Shown: positions 20,138-31,200 of the stretch, one piece after another | How positions within the stretch are numbered: position 1 is the first letter of the stretch | Layout: each line of letters begins with the position of its first letter | Source of the DNA: Azolla caroliniana | Taxonomy: Eukaryota; Plantae; Polypodiophyta | Length of the DNA: 64,000 nucleotides | Direction: 5' to 3' | Assembly: GCA_043228905.1 (NCBI GenBank) | Contig: JBHGNT010000005.1 | Location: forward strand, 6,386,001-6,450,000 | The notes under the pieces: generated by a model | The model's database searches: none | The model's input: the letters and a program-made list of their open reading frames with translations, nothing else | What the model was told of the DNA's origin: nothing | Made by a program: the position numbers and the translations under genes

Positions 20138-22972
20138 GCGTGTTGTGACCCGTCCTCCCCGATCTCCAATCATGCCGACTTAGCCTTCGCCCGGATCGGT
20201 CTCGGCCGATCGAGTTCCGGTTTGGTCGGCTCCCTTCCGTAATCGTAACCGGCCGGTACATGTTTGTCCGCGCAAATCCGACCTTGCCGGTTCTTCTTCG
20301 GTTTGGGCTCGGTTGACCGGACCCCGCTTCACTCTTCTTCCGCTCCGCCTCCCGGTCAGGTCGGATTACCGACCGGCTCATCTTTCGGTCGGGTCGGTTC
20401 CCGACTCGCTCCTCGATGCCGCTCCGGACCTCTCCTTCGGTCTTTTCGCACATGCCCACTTCGGGCCTCTCATCCTCACGGACACCGCCCATCTCTCTGG
20501 TCTTATGTCCACGCTCGGGTGCAACCGCCGAAGTCTCTAGCCCAGGTGTCGAGGGATCTCGCCTCCGTCCGCTACAAACCTCCTCTTCGTCATTTCGGTT
20601 GACCGCCTTGCCGCCGCCACCATCCGTCTCTCTAGGTCTCACACCGGCTCTCGGGCCGGTTGCCGGAGTCTCTAGGACCAGTGTGTGGAAGGTCGCGGCA
20701 CCGCCGCTCGTCTACTCTTCTTCCTCGATTTCGCAAGCCTCGAGTAAGCTTGCGAAATCCTCGTAGAACGTTTCAGGCAACCGCGTCCCAAAACTTTCGC
20801 CCACTCTCGAAGTGGCGTCCATTGCTTCGTAGATATCGGCCTCATCCATGGCCGTCCTCTTTCCACAAGTCGAGAGGGTCGCTTGCTCCGCACCCTCTCC
20901 CACATCGTCGCCGTGGTCGCCTGCCTTGCCGCCGCCACCGTTCGTTACCCTAGGTCTCACGTGGGCACTCGGGGCGGCCGCCAGGTTCTCTTGAACCGGT
21001 GCGTGTAAGGTAGCAACGCCGCCGCTCATCGATGCTATGCCCGTAGCCACCTCCATTCGGACATCGTCGTCCGTGGCTACCCCGGCTCCGTATATGCAAG
21101 CATCAATTATACTTGCCGCCTCCTCGTCCACGGTCTCCTTACCGTTGTTTCGGTTGCCCGCCTTGCCGCCGCCACTGCCCGTCGCTCTAGGTCTCACGCC
21201 GGCAATTGGGCCGACCGCCGGTGCCTCTAGGGCCGGTGTGTGTAAGGTCACGACACCGCCGCTTGTTTCCTCCTCCCTCGATGTTTCGGGCCGCCATGTC
21301 CCGAATCCGTAGTTACCGGCCTCCATGGCCGTCCATTCGCCACAAGACGAGAGGGTCGCTCTTTCCGCACCCTCTCCCATGTCACCATCGTGGTCGCCCG
21401 CCTTGCCGCCGCCACCGCCCGTCACTCTAGGTCTCACACCGGCTCTCGGGCCGGTTGCCGGAGTCTCTAGGCCCGGTGTGCGTAAGGTCGCTGCACCACC
21501 GCCCGTCTTCTCCCGGCTCGATGTTTCAGGCCTCCATGCCCGAACTCCCTCATGTCCGCTCGAATCGGCGATCGCCGCCTCACCGTCCCCGACCTCGTCC
21601 TCGGTCGATCTTTCTCCGCATGTCGAGAGGGTGGTTCGCTCCGCACCCTCTCCCATGGTACCGATGTACCATTCTCTTTCGGCCTCCTCATCCTCTGATC
21701 CGCTCGGGCCCGACTCCGCAATAAGCCCTTCTTCGGCTTCGATTTGTGCCTCTACGATCTCGTACGCTTCCCGCACCAAGGCTTCAATGTCGAGCTCCTC
21801 CGAACCGATTTGCGTTGAGCTCTCTTCCGGCGGTAGTGCGTAGTCGGTCGCCGCTCTCTCTTCTCCGCCGCTCGCGGGCCGCGTTGTGGCTGACCGCCTC
21901 TCATCGCATTGTATGCACGCCCATTCCACCTCGTTCCAATCTTCGGTGAGGCCGTACGCCCCTTCATCGTCTTCGAGGTAGGGAAAAATGGCCATTCTCC
22001 CCCTTTCGTTGACCGACTTCAAGAATAGTGGGACCTTGTCCGCCCCCACTGATTCTTGATCCTGGACCGAAAGTTGGCAAAACCGGAGATCGAACTCCCG
22101 GAATACCTTCATTGCGTTTCGAGGAGCCTTTGCCGATGACACCCATAGATCGAACTCGCGTCGATCGTACTTGTACGCCTCTTCCCGTCTTTCTCTCCTT
22201 CTTGCGAAATCCCTTGCCATTCTCGTAATTACTTCCGCGATGTCTCCGGCTTCCATCTCCTTCCTCCCTTGCCGCCTCTTCACGTCGGGTTCACCAAATA
22301 TGTCGCGTTGCTACGCGCGTGCGTGGAGAAGGGCGGGACCACAGGGGTCTTGAACTAAGGAGTAGAGGAGAAGGAATCAGGCATGGAATGGAAGCTTTGC
22401 TCAAGAAGAAGAAGAATGAACAAGAGACTAGATCGAACAAGAGGAAGATGGAGACAAGATGAACAACAAGATGTATTAAAACGAAATGAACAATTACAAA
22501 ATGGTGGCCGCATAGGCCGCACCAAACGACTACTCGAAACCCTAACCCTATCCCTAACGCTCGACCTATGTGGTATACCTCGCACACTCAAAATAGGCAA
22601 CCCCCACAATGGTGCCTTCCCTCTCCTTTTATAGCACAAGGAGGGAAGACCGTTTACTAAAGTGAGACTAAAATAGGGGATATTTGCCTTGATTTGGGGA
22701 GGGTGAGATTGATAGCCCCTTTACTCCCACCTCCTCACAAACAACTAGGTACCTATGTACCACGTAGTACCTCTCTCTCTCTCTCTCTCGTGTGGATGTG
22801 CGCACAAGACCACATCGCCTTTATACCATAGGGATCTTATGGGGCATTTCTAGCACCATACCCTTTACCCCTATTATTATTACAAATACATTATGTACGT
22901 GTGCAACGTTGCACATCGCTCTTTGGCTCTCGTTGCTCGGGTTTCCGCTCATGGACGAAAATCTTCACGACA
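20138..22972 (-). mobile_element. Non-autonomous gag-plus-repeat (TR-GAG-like) gypsy, 3'-truncated
   Basis: 5' LTR 22301-22972, Trp PBS 22279-22296, 523-aa ORF 20712..22283, no pol. Confidence 0.85.
20712..22283 (-). CDS. Gag-derived protein with acidic, Gly-rich repeated C-terminal modules
   Basis: N-terminus (EFDLWVSSAK..FREFDLRF..VPLFLKSV..GLTEDW) aligns by eye with G1 gag. Repeats GEGAERxTLSTCG and GVRPRxTGGGGGKA. Confidence 0.6.
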   Translation of the reverse strand: MKRRQGRKEMEAGDIAEVITRMARDFARRRERREEAYKYDRREFDLWVSSAKAPRNAMKVFREFDLRFCQLSVQDQESVGADKVPLFLKSVNERGRMAIFPYLEDDEGAYGLTEDWNEVEWACIQCDERRSATTRPASGGEERAATDYALPPEESSTQIGSEELDIEALVREAYEIVEAQIEAEEGLIAESGPSGSEDEEAEREWYIGTMGEGAERTTLSTCGERSTEDEVGDGEAAIADSSGHEGVRAWRPETSSREKTGGGAATLRTPGLETPATGPRAGVRPRVTGGGGGKAGDHDGDMGEGAERATLSSCGEWTAMEAGNYGFGTWRPETSREEETSGGVVTLHTPALEAPAVGPIAGVRPRATGSGGGKAGNRNNGKETVDEEAASIIDACIYGAGVATDDDVRMEVATGIASMSGGVATLHAPVQENLAAAPSAHVRPRVTNGGGGKAGDHGDDVGEGAEQATLSTCGKRTAMDEADIYEAMDATSRVGESFGTRLPETFYEDFASLLEACEIEEEE

Positions 22973-23670
22973 ACGTGTTCCTCCACTTTCCGGGGCTTTC
23001 GACCCATTCCATAAACTCCCGCTTTGACAGCCGGAGCGATTCATCGAACCCCTACCTCTCGAGAAGCCATCCTTCGATTTCCTCCCAAGTCTGGCAACCG
23101 GCCTACACCTCAAGCACCTCCGCGTGGATGCTCGGTGTCACCACCCAAGGGAATCTGGACAGTCCCCTGTCCTTCGGGATGTCCCTCATTGTCATCTCTG
23201 CCCGGTAGGCCTTTAGGTAACTCGTCGTGTTCTTCCCACGAAATTGACCGATCGTGCTGACAATCGATTCAATGACCCTGTCAAGGGTACCCGTGCCCTC
23301 ACGGGCGCTCACTAGCCAGTCAACGGCTACCGCCATGGCTTCCGCAAGCTCGTTTCCCCTCATTCTTCAGACCCCTTTGCCACCTTGTTCACATCGGGTT
23401 CACCAAGTATGTCGCGTATTTACGTGTGTGCGTGCGAAACAAAGGCGGGACCACAGAGGCCTCGGACCAAGGAGCACAAGAAGAGAAACGACGCACGATT
23501 ATCAACAAGACAAGTACCAACGATTAATTAGGGAAATAGAGTAATTACAACCAGCTCAGTCAAGGCTGAGCTACGAGCCCAACGAACAACGCACACACTC
23601 ACACACCAAGATACAACAGGGAGTCTCTGGCGGGAGCACCCAAGCTTCCTACGCGAGCAAAGGCGTCCGT
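22973..23670 (-). mobile_element. 5' fragment of a G2 gypsy (partial LTR 23410-23670, Trp PBS 23388-23405, gag start)
   Basis: MRGNELAEAMAVAVDWLVSAREG is homologous to the 4900 gag start; PBS revcomp TTCACATCGGGTTCACCA. Confidence 0.85.
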
Positions 23671-24010
23671 TGTCATGGATAAAACCGGCCATAGGAGGAA
23701 ACGGGGGAAAAGACGCAGGAATCGACCCTTACATGTGGCCGCACTATTTATTAAGTTGTACATAACTAGGTTTGATTCAGCCGATGTAAATGTACTAGGT
23801 AGTACGCATTAATTGTCTAGGGAATCCAAGCGAATCTTTGTCCGACAGGACAGAGGATAAAAGGGAGGGGAAAAGACTAATACAAGGATCAGACATTTTT
23901 GGGAGGACGAACTGTTGTCGGACTGGGAACCGAGCTCTCTCCTCCACCATCGTTGTTGCTTCTGCAAGGATTTTGGGTTAAGTTGGCTGCCTCTGCTGCG
24001 TGAAAGCCCA
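23671..24010 (+). repeat. 5' part of a G2-type LTR inserted in opposite orientation into the 23410 LTR
   Basis: Starts TGTCATGGATAAAACC. Internal blocks match the revcomp of 17160-17410. Fused to a copia integrase fragment near 24007. Confidence 0.7.
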
Positions 24011-27000
24011 CAGAGAGTATGGACCGGTAAAGATGTGTCTTACTGGCGGCATCTAAAGGTATTCAAGTGTCTCGCATATGTGCATGTTGCAAAGGACAAG
24101 AGAGCAAAGCTAGATCCGAAGTCCAAGCCATGCATATTTTGTTCGGAAACAGGTCCCTCCGGATGGGAAGTGAGAAGAACAGTGTCGATGAGCAAACGGA
24201 AGACCCAGTGAGAACCGGATGACGAGTGCCCGGCAAGCGCCGGATGATGCAGGCCCGATGAGGAGTGCTCACCGGATGAAGGGACATATTCGTAAATATG
24301 TTTCTGAGAGTCCATCAGGGCTATATTTGTAAATAGCCGAAAAGTCAATTTAGTATAAATATGACTTCGGGCAAACTTAGTGATGTTGTTGTCGTTGTCA
24401 TTGTCGTTGTCGCAATTGTGAGAGAGCAACTGTGTACAGAGAGAGAGAGAGAGAGAGAGTGAGCTCGAGATATAGAGAGGTCGTTGCCTCTGTTGTAACC
24501 GTTGCCTATGGTGAAGGTCGTGAGCACGAGGTCGTTGCCTCCATGAGCTCACTGTTGTAATCATTGTGATATAATGATAGTTTGGAGTCTGTGGACTCCC
24601 GTGGTTTTTCCCTCTCAGGGTTTTCCACATTAATATCCTATGTATTCTCTTTTCTTTCTGTTTGTGCACTTACCTCCATTTCCCATTTCTTCTGTGTTCG
24701 ACTGTACAAAGTGATTTACTCTTCGGTTGTTGCCGGAGACCATTCCGCGTATTCCTCGACATATTCCTTGGATGCGTCGATGATGAGTTCGGTTACCGGG
24801 TGTGGGATCTGGTCGACAAGAAGGTGTTCTGGAGTCGAGACATAGTCTTCATGGAAGACAGGACCATTGCCGACTGGGAGTCGGCGAAGAAGGTGATTAA
24901 CTCCGGATCATCCAATGAAAACCGGCTTGAGGGTATAAGGACTTACCCGGTTGAAAACTAGATGTTAGCCGGTAACCGGATGACACTCGACGAACTGGCC
25001 GAATTCAGACAATAAACCGAACCAACCGAAGAAGAAGAAGAAGAAGAAGACACCGGAACCGGACAAGATCCCGAATCGGATTCGGATTCGGAACAAATGG
25101 AGGAACCGGTCGTCAGAAACCAAGGACGAAGATACCCTCTCAGAGAGAGAAGAGCCCCCCGGAGATTTCTGGATGAAGAGCATGTATTGCTGACCGATTA
25201 GGGGGAGCCGGAAAGCTTCGAAAAAGCAAAGAATGACACCCACAGCCGCAAGTGGTTCAGTGCCATGTAGGACGAGATGGATTCCCTGCATGAGAACCAC
25301 ATATACGAATTGACGGAGTTGCCGAAAGGAAAGAGGGCACTCCGGAATAAGTGGGTGGACAAGCTGAAACCGGGAGACGCTGGAAATCCACCGAGGTAAA
25401 AGGCCCGGATCGTAGTGAAGGATTTCCAGTAGAAGAAGGTGTGGATTTCGGTGAGATCTTTGCCCCGATTCTAAAGATGACATCCATCCGGACGGTATTG
25501 AGGATAGTGGCAAGCATGGACCCCGAGGTAGAGCAACTAGACGTCAAGACGGCATTCCTACATGGCGACCTCGAAGAAGAGATCTACATTCATCAACCAG
25601 AAGGATTTGAGAGGAAAGGGAAGGAGCACCTAGTATGCCGGCTAAAGAAGAGCTTATACAGATTGAAGCAAGCCCCCCGGCAATGGTACCGGAAGTTCGA
25701 CTCCTTCATGACCGACCAAGGGTACCACAAGACGCAAGTGGATGACTGCGTGTTTGTGAAGAAATTTGAAGGAGGCAACTTCCTGATACTCCCGCGTTAT
25801 GTGGACGACATGTTGATCATCGAACGAGACCAAATCAAGATTCGAATGCTGAAGAAGGCTCTGAACCGAACCTTCTCAATGAAAGATTTGGGTTCGGCAA
25901 GACAAACCTTAGGGATGCACATCATCTAGGACCGGAAGAAGAAGTTATTGTGGTTGTCACAAGAAAAGTACGTGACAAAGGTACTTCAACAGTTCAACAT
26001 GTCGGATGCAAAAACGGTCGAATCAACACTCCCGACAAACTGCAAGTTATCCAGAAAGCAAAGCCCGAAGACAAAGGCAGAGAAGTCGGATATGACGAAG
26101 ATACCATATGCCTCCGCCGTCGGAAGCTTAATGTACGCAATGGTGTGTAGAAGCTTAATGTACGCAATCGTGTGCACCTGGCTAGATATTGCATATGTTG
26201 TTGGAGTAGTCAGCCCATTCATGAGCAATCTGGGAAGAGAGCACTGGAACGCAATCAAGTGGATACTCCGGTATCTGAAAGGCACCTCGAGTATGTGCCT
26301 CCGGTTTGGATCCGGTAAACCCCAACTCCACGAATTCACGGATTTAGATATGTCGGCTGATGCAACTACCAACCGGTCTACATACGGATATGTCATGACT
26401 TATGCAGGGGGAGCTATCATGGCAGTCGAGGTTGCAGATGTCCGTGGCACTATCGACAACGGAAGCGGAGTACAAGGCAGTTGTGGAAGCCAACAAGGAA
26501 GTAATATGGATGAAGGACTTCATCGGAGAGTTAGGGATCTGACAGGAGGAATACGAGCTCTATTGCGACAGTCAAAGTGCCACCCACCTCGCGAAGAACG
26601 TGTGGCCTACCATTCCTAGAGAAAGCACATCCAGAGGAGATATCACTGGCTCCGGGAGAAGGTAGAAGATCAAGACTTCGTGTTGACGAAGATCCACATG
26701 AAGGAGAACGGATCGGATATGCTGACCAAGGTGCTTTCAACCAACAAGCTCAACGTGTGCCAAAGACGAATCGGATTAACGAGAAATCCCATGCCAGAGT
26801 GAAGGGGGAGTTTGTTGGGAATTCGGTCCCTCCAGATGGGATCCAGATGAGAACTAGAGGAGCCGAATGAAGGAACCTGATGAGACCCAGAAACCAGATC
26901 AAGTGAATCCAGATGGATCTGGTGCAAATCGGATCCAAGAACATATGTGTAAATATGTTTCATAGTGAGCCCATCGAGGCTATATTTGTAAATAGCCCTA

Positions 27001-27300
27001 AAGTCATATAAGTATACATAGTGAGTGAGAGAGAGAGAGAGACACACACACACACACACACAGAACGAGTTTTCTGTTGTAACCGCTGGTTGGCGAAGAC
27101 ATAGAGCTTGAGGTCGTTGCCTCTGAGTCTCACATTGTATTCCTCCCCTCATAGTGATAGTTGGAGTCCGTGGGCTCCCGTGGTTTTTCCCTATTTAGGG
27201 TTTTCTACGTTAACATTCTGTGTCATCTTTGTTTTTTAGTTTGTTCTCTCTTCTATTCCTTGTTGAAGACTCGGTTGTGGCCGAGTGTTATTTCCGCACA
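24007..27300 (+). mobile_element. 5'-truncated Tnt1-like Ty1/copia (IN end, RT, RNase H, 3' LTR 26813-~27300)
   Basis: PQRVWTGK..HLKVF; QLDVKTAFLHGDLEE; YVDDML; PPT GAGTGAAGGGGGAG before 26813. Confidence 0.88.
24140..24761 (+). repeat. Copia solo LTR, TSD TATTT/TATTC
   Basis: TGTTCGGAAACAGG...CTCGACA. The host reading frame PCIF/LG resumes after it. Confidence 0.88.
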
Positions 27301-27756
27301 GGATGCCCATTGGCCCCGTACCTATACATCATTGTAGCAAAAGATTTGCATTATCAAATTGTTGATAGATCTTGGCAAATACAAGGCCTCCCCTTGCCAG
27401 ATGATGTAGGAATGATGCTTGATACGGCATATGTTGATGACACGACGACTTATGTCAAGGGTGATGCAAACAACTTGGGCAGATTGCAACGAGTAATTGA
27501 TGAGTTCTATAGGGGATCAAGTGCTAAAATCAGTTGGAGTAAATCAGTGGGCATTTGGATTAAAAAAAAGCTCGTGTTAAATTGGGCCCAGACCCCAATT
27601 TCAGATGGTTGAGGAGATCAAGAGCTATTAGATACTTGGGCTTCAAAATTGGTATGGACATCGATCAATCAAGACACTACAATCTACTAGTTGACAAAAT
27701 AAAAGCGAAGCTAATATGGTGGAATGCAAGTAAACTACCCTTTGTAGGCAAGATTG
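27301..27756 (+). pseudogene. L1-like LINE ORF2 RT fragment (piece 1)
   Basis: GCPLAPYLYII; AYVDDTT; SSAKISWSKS; IRYLGFKIG; KLPFVGKIV. Confidence 0.88.
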
Positions 27757-28202
27757 TGTTGAGCGAGCAAGCTCTGTCATGACAAGCTCAACCGGATCCG
27801 GATCGACTCAATAAGCCAGAGCCGGATCGGTATCTGAAATGGAGAACCGGATAGGTACCCGAATCGGTGTCCAGATATATCAGTATCCAGAACCTAGAGC
27901 CAAACCAGAGAACCGGATTGTACTCCGGAATAGTGAGAACCAGTAGCCCGTTGGAGCCCACGGTCCGAGCCTAGTACGTAGGCATATTCCTTGGAGTTAG
28001 TGTCAATCGCTCATATGAGCATTGAAGTACATGTCAGTCCTTCTGTTAGTCCTTTTAAGGACTTGTATAAAATGTGTTTTGTAGGACATTTTTATGTACA
28101 GAATGTTATTTTTTTGAATTTCGTTTATGTTATTCTGCACTCTCTGTCTAAGTCTTGTGAAGCTTCCATTAAACTTATACTCTTTCTGTTGTTATCCGGG
28201 TG

Positions 28203-31200
28203 AACCGGATGAGGAGTACCCGGCTACGGAAGACCCAGTGAGAACCTGATGAAGAGTACCCAGCTACGGAAGACCCGGGGAGAACCGGATGACGAGTGCC
28301 CAACAAGATCCGGATGATGCAAGCCCGGTGAGGAGCGCTCACCGGATGAAGGGACATATTCGTAAATATGTCTTCTGAGAGTCCATCTGGGCTATATTTG
28401 TAAATAGCTGAAAAGTCATATTAGTATAAATATGACTTAGGGCAAACTTATTATGCGTGGTGTTGTCATTCTTGTTGGTGCAAGACTCGAGAGCGCGCAA
28501 CAATGTACAGAGAGAGAGAGAGAGAGGAAGAGGTCGTTGCCTCTGTTGTAACCGCCGCCTGTGGCGAAGATTGTGAGCGCGAGGTCGTTGCCTCTGTGAG
28601 CTCACTGTTGTAATTATTGTGACATAGGGATAGTTAGCAGTCAGTGGAATGTCGTGGTTTTTCCCTCTCGTGGTTTTCCACGTTAAACATCCTGTGTACT
28701 CTTCTCTCCATTGTGTCGTGCTTTCATTTCCTGTTTTCTGTGTATGATTCTAAGCTCGGTTGTGGCCGAGCGTGCAGTTCCTGTCAAAGTGGTATCAAAG
28801 CAAAACGACACAGAAAATGGACGATTCGTTGGGAGGCATGTTCAAGCTCACCAGCTCCAACTATTTGGTGTGGAAGTCGAAGATAAGGGACATGCTCGTG
28901 GTTAAAGATCTTTGGTTGCCGGTTCAGTTCGGGGACAAGAGACTGGACAAGATCGACGCCACGATATGGGAGTTGATGCACATGAAGACAACGGCGTACA
29001 TACGGTGCTTCATCGACATGAGCCTATACAACAACTTCAATGAAGATAGCAAGGCTCATGAGCTCTAGGAGAAGATCGGCATTATGTTTCAAAACAAAAA
29101 TGTTGTTAATCAGGTTTCGGTATTCCGGAAGCTAGTAAGACTCCAGTACCAAGATGGCTCCAGCATGGTGGAGCACATGAATGCCTTCCAGGGGCTGATC
29201 CACCAGGCAACATCATTGGAAGTACCTCTTGCCGATGAGGTACTAGCACTACTCCTGCTCGGTTCCCTCCCAGATAGCTGTGAGATGTTGGTTGTCACCT
29301 TGGGCAACGCCGGGCCGGAAGGGAAACGGTTATCCCTAGCAAGAGTGAAGTCGAGCTTGCTAAATGAGGAGGCGCGTCGGAAAGATAAGGATACGAGCTC
29401 CGATTCCAAAGCACTCCTTACCGAATCGGAATGCGGAAGACAAAGAAACCATAGTCCCCAGAACCGGGAAAAGTCGGGGACGCGGTCAAAGTCAAGGGGG
29501 AGGCCTACTTGCTTCTATTGCGGCAAGCCGGGACACTTCCACAAGAACTATCGGCATTTCCGAAAAGACAAGGAAACCGACGGTACTGATTTCAAGCGGG
29601 CACCGGACCGGAACGGTAAAGACCGGAGGGGACCAGGCCGGAAGGGAACGACGGCAATCGCGGCAAGTGAAGAAGAGTTTATGCTCATCACTGAGGAGAG
29701 TGAGATAAACCTTGTTGGCGACGAGATGACCTGGGTGGTCGACTCCGGAGCGTCATTCCACCTTACCCCGGATCGGAAATGCTTCTCATCCTACGCAGCC
29801 GGTGATCACAGCTGTGTCCGGATGGGGAATGAAGGTACATGCCGAATTGTTGGCATAGGAGACGTGTGGCTGAAAACACCAACCGGATGCAAGCTACTGC
29901 TGAAGGATGTCTGACACGTTCCGGAGGTTCGTCTGAACCTTATATCAGGCGGTCGGCTAGATGATGAAGGATACACGGGTAGCATCCAGAACGGTGTTAT
30001 GAAGCTTAGCAAAGGGAGCCTGATTGTGGCTCGGGCCCGGAAGGTAAACACGATGTACCCGGTTATGCCTGGAAAAAGTGAACGTGGCATCCGACACTGC
30101 CGGTGAGCTGTGGCACAAAAGGTTGTGCCACATGAGTGAGAAGGGGATGAAGAGGCTTGCAGATGACAACCTCATTCCAATGAAGAACGTGCACTTGGAG
30201 AAGTGCACTCATTGTCTGGACGGAAACCAAAACCGGACCTCCTTCCGATCGAGGCCACCGATGAGACGTAACAGACCACTGGAGTTGGTGCATACTAATG
30301 TGTGTTAAGTGGACACGAAGTCACATGCAGGATCGCAATACTTCGTGACGTTCATAGATGACCACAACCGGAAGTTGTGGGCCACACCATTGAAGACAAA
30401 GGATCAGGTGTTATCCGTTTTCAAAGAGCTCCACGCGAGAGTGGAAAGAGAAACCGGCCGGAAGCTGAAGGCGGTTCGAGCAGATAACGGAGGAGAATAC
30501 CGGGGGTAGTTCGAGGAGTACTATAGCTCGAAGGGAATCCGGCTCGAATTTACCGTGCCGAAGACGCCGGAACTAAACGAGTTGGCCAAGAGGATGAACC
30601 GGACCATAATGGAGAGGGTCTGGAGTATGCTGGCGCATGCAAAACTGCCCAAGAAGTTTTGGGTTGAGGCACTGTCAACGGTGACATATGTGATAAACAG
30701 ATCACCCTCAGTACCCTTGGACAGAGACACGCCACAGAGAGTCTGGACCGGTAAGGAAATGTCCTACTGGCATCTGAAGGTATTCGGGTGTCTCGCATAC
30801 GTGCATGTACCTAAGGACCGGAGAGGAAAGATAGATCCAAAGACCCGGCCATGAATATTCCTTGGCGTCGATGAGTTCGGCTACCGAGCGTGGGACCCGG
30901 TCGAAAAGAAGGTATTCCGTAGTCGAGATATTATCTTCATGGAGGACAAGACGCTCGCCGACTGGGAGTCGGAGAAGAAAATAATGACCTCCGAGTCGAC
31001 TGGTAGGGATCGATTCTATGATGAGCAGACCCAGCCGGCAAGAGACCGGTTAGCACTCGAGGAACCAGCCGGTTACGGTGAGGATACTGGAACGGTAGAA
31101 GAAGAAGTAGAGGAAGCTGAAACCGGAACTGGCCAAGAACCCGAATCGGATTCGGATGAAGAACAAATGGAGGAGCTGGTTACCGAAGCCCAAAGATGGA

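Noticed and set aside
16913-22976. Single element with ACGT TSD
   Set aside because: The two LTRs are of different types, the interior has mixed orientations and the flanks are unrelated; the match reflects the target bias.
26122-26178. 27-bp in-frame duplication in copia RT (SLMYAMVC twice)
   Set aside because: Ordinary slippage duplication in a dead copy.
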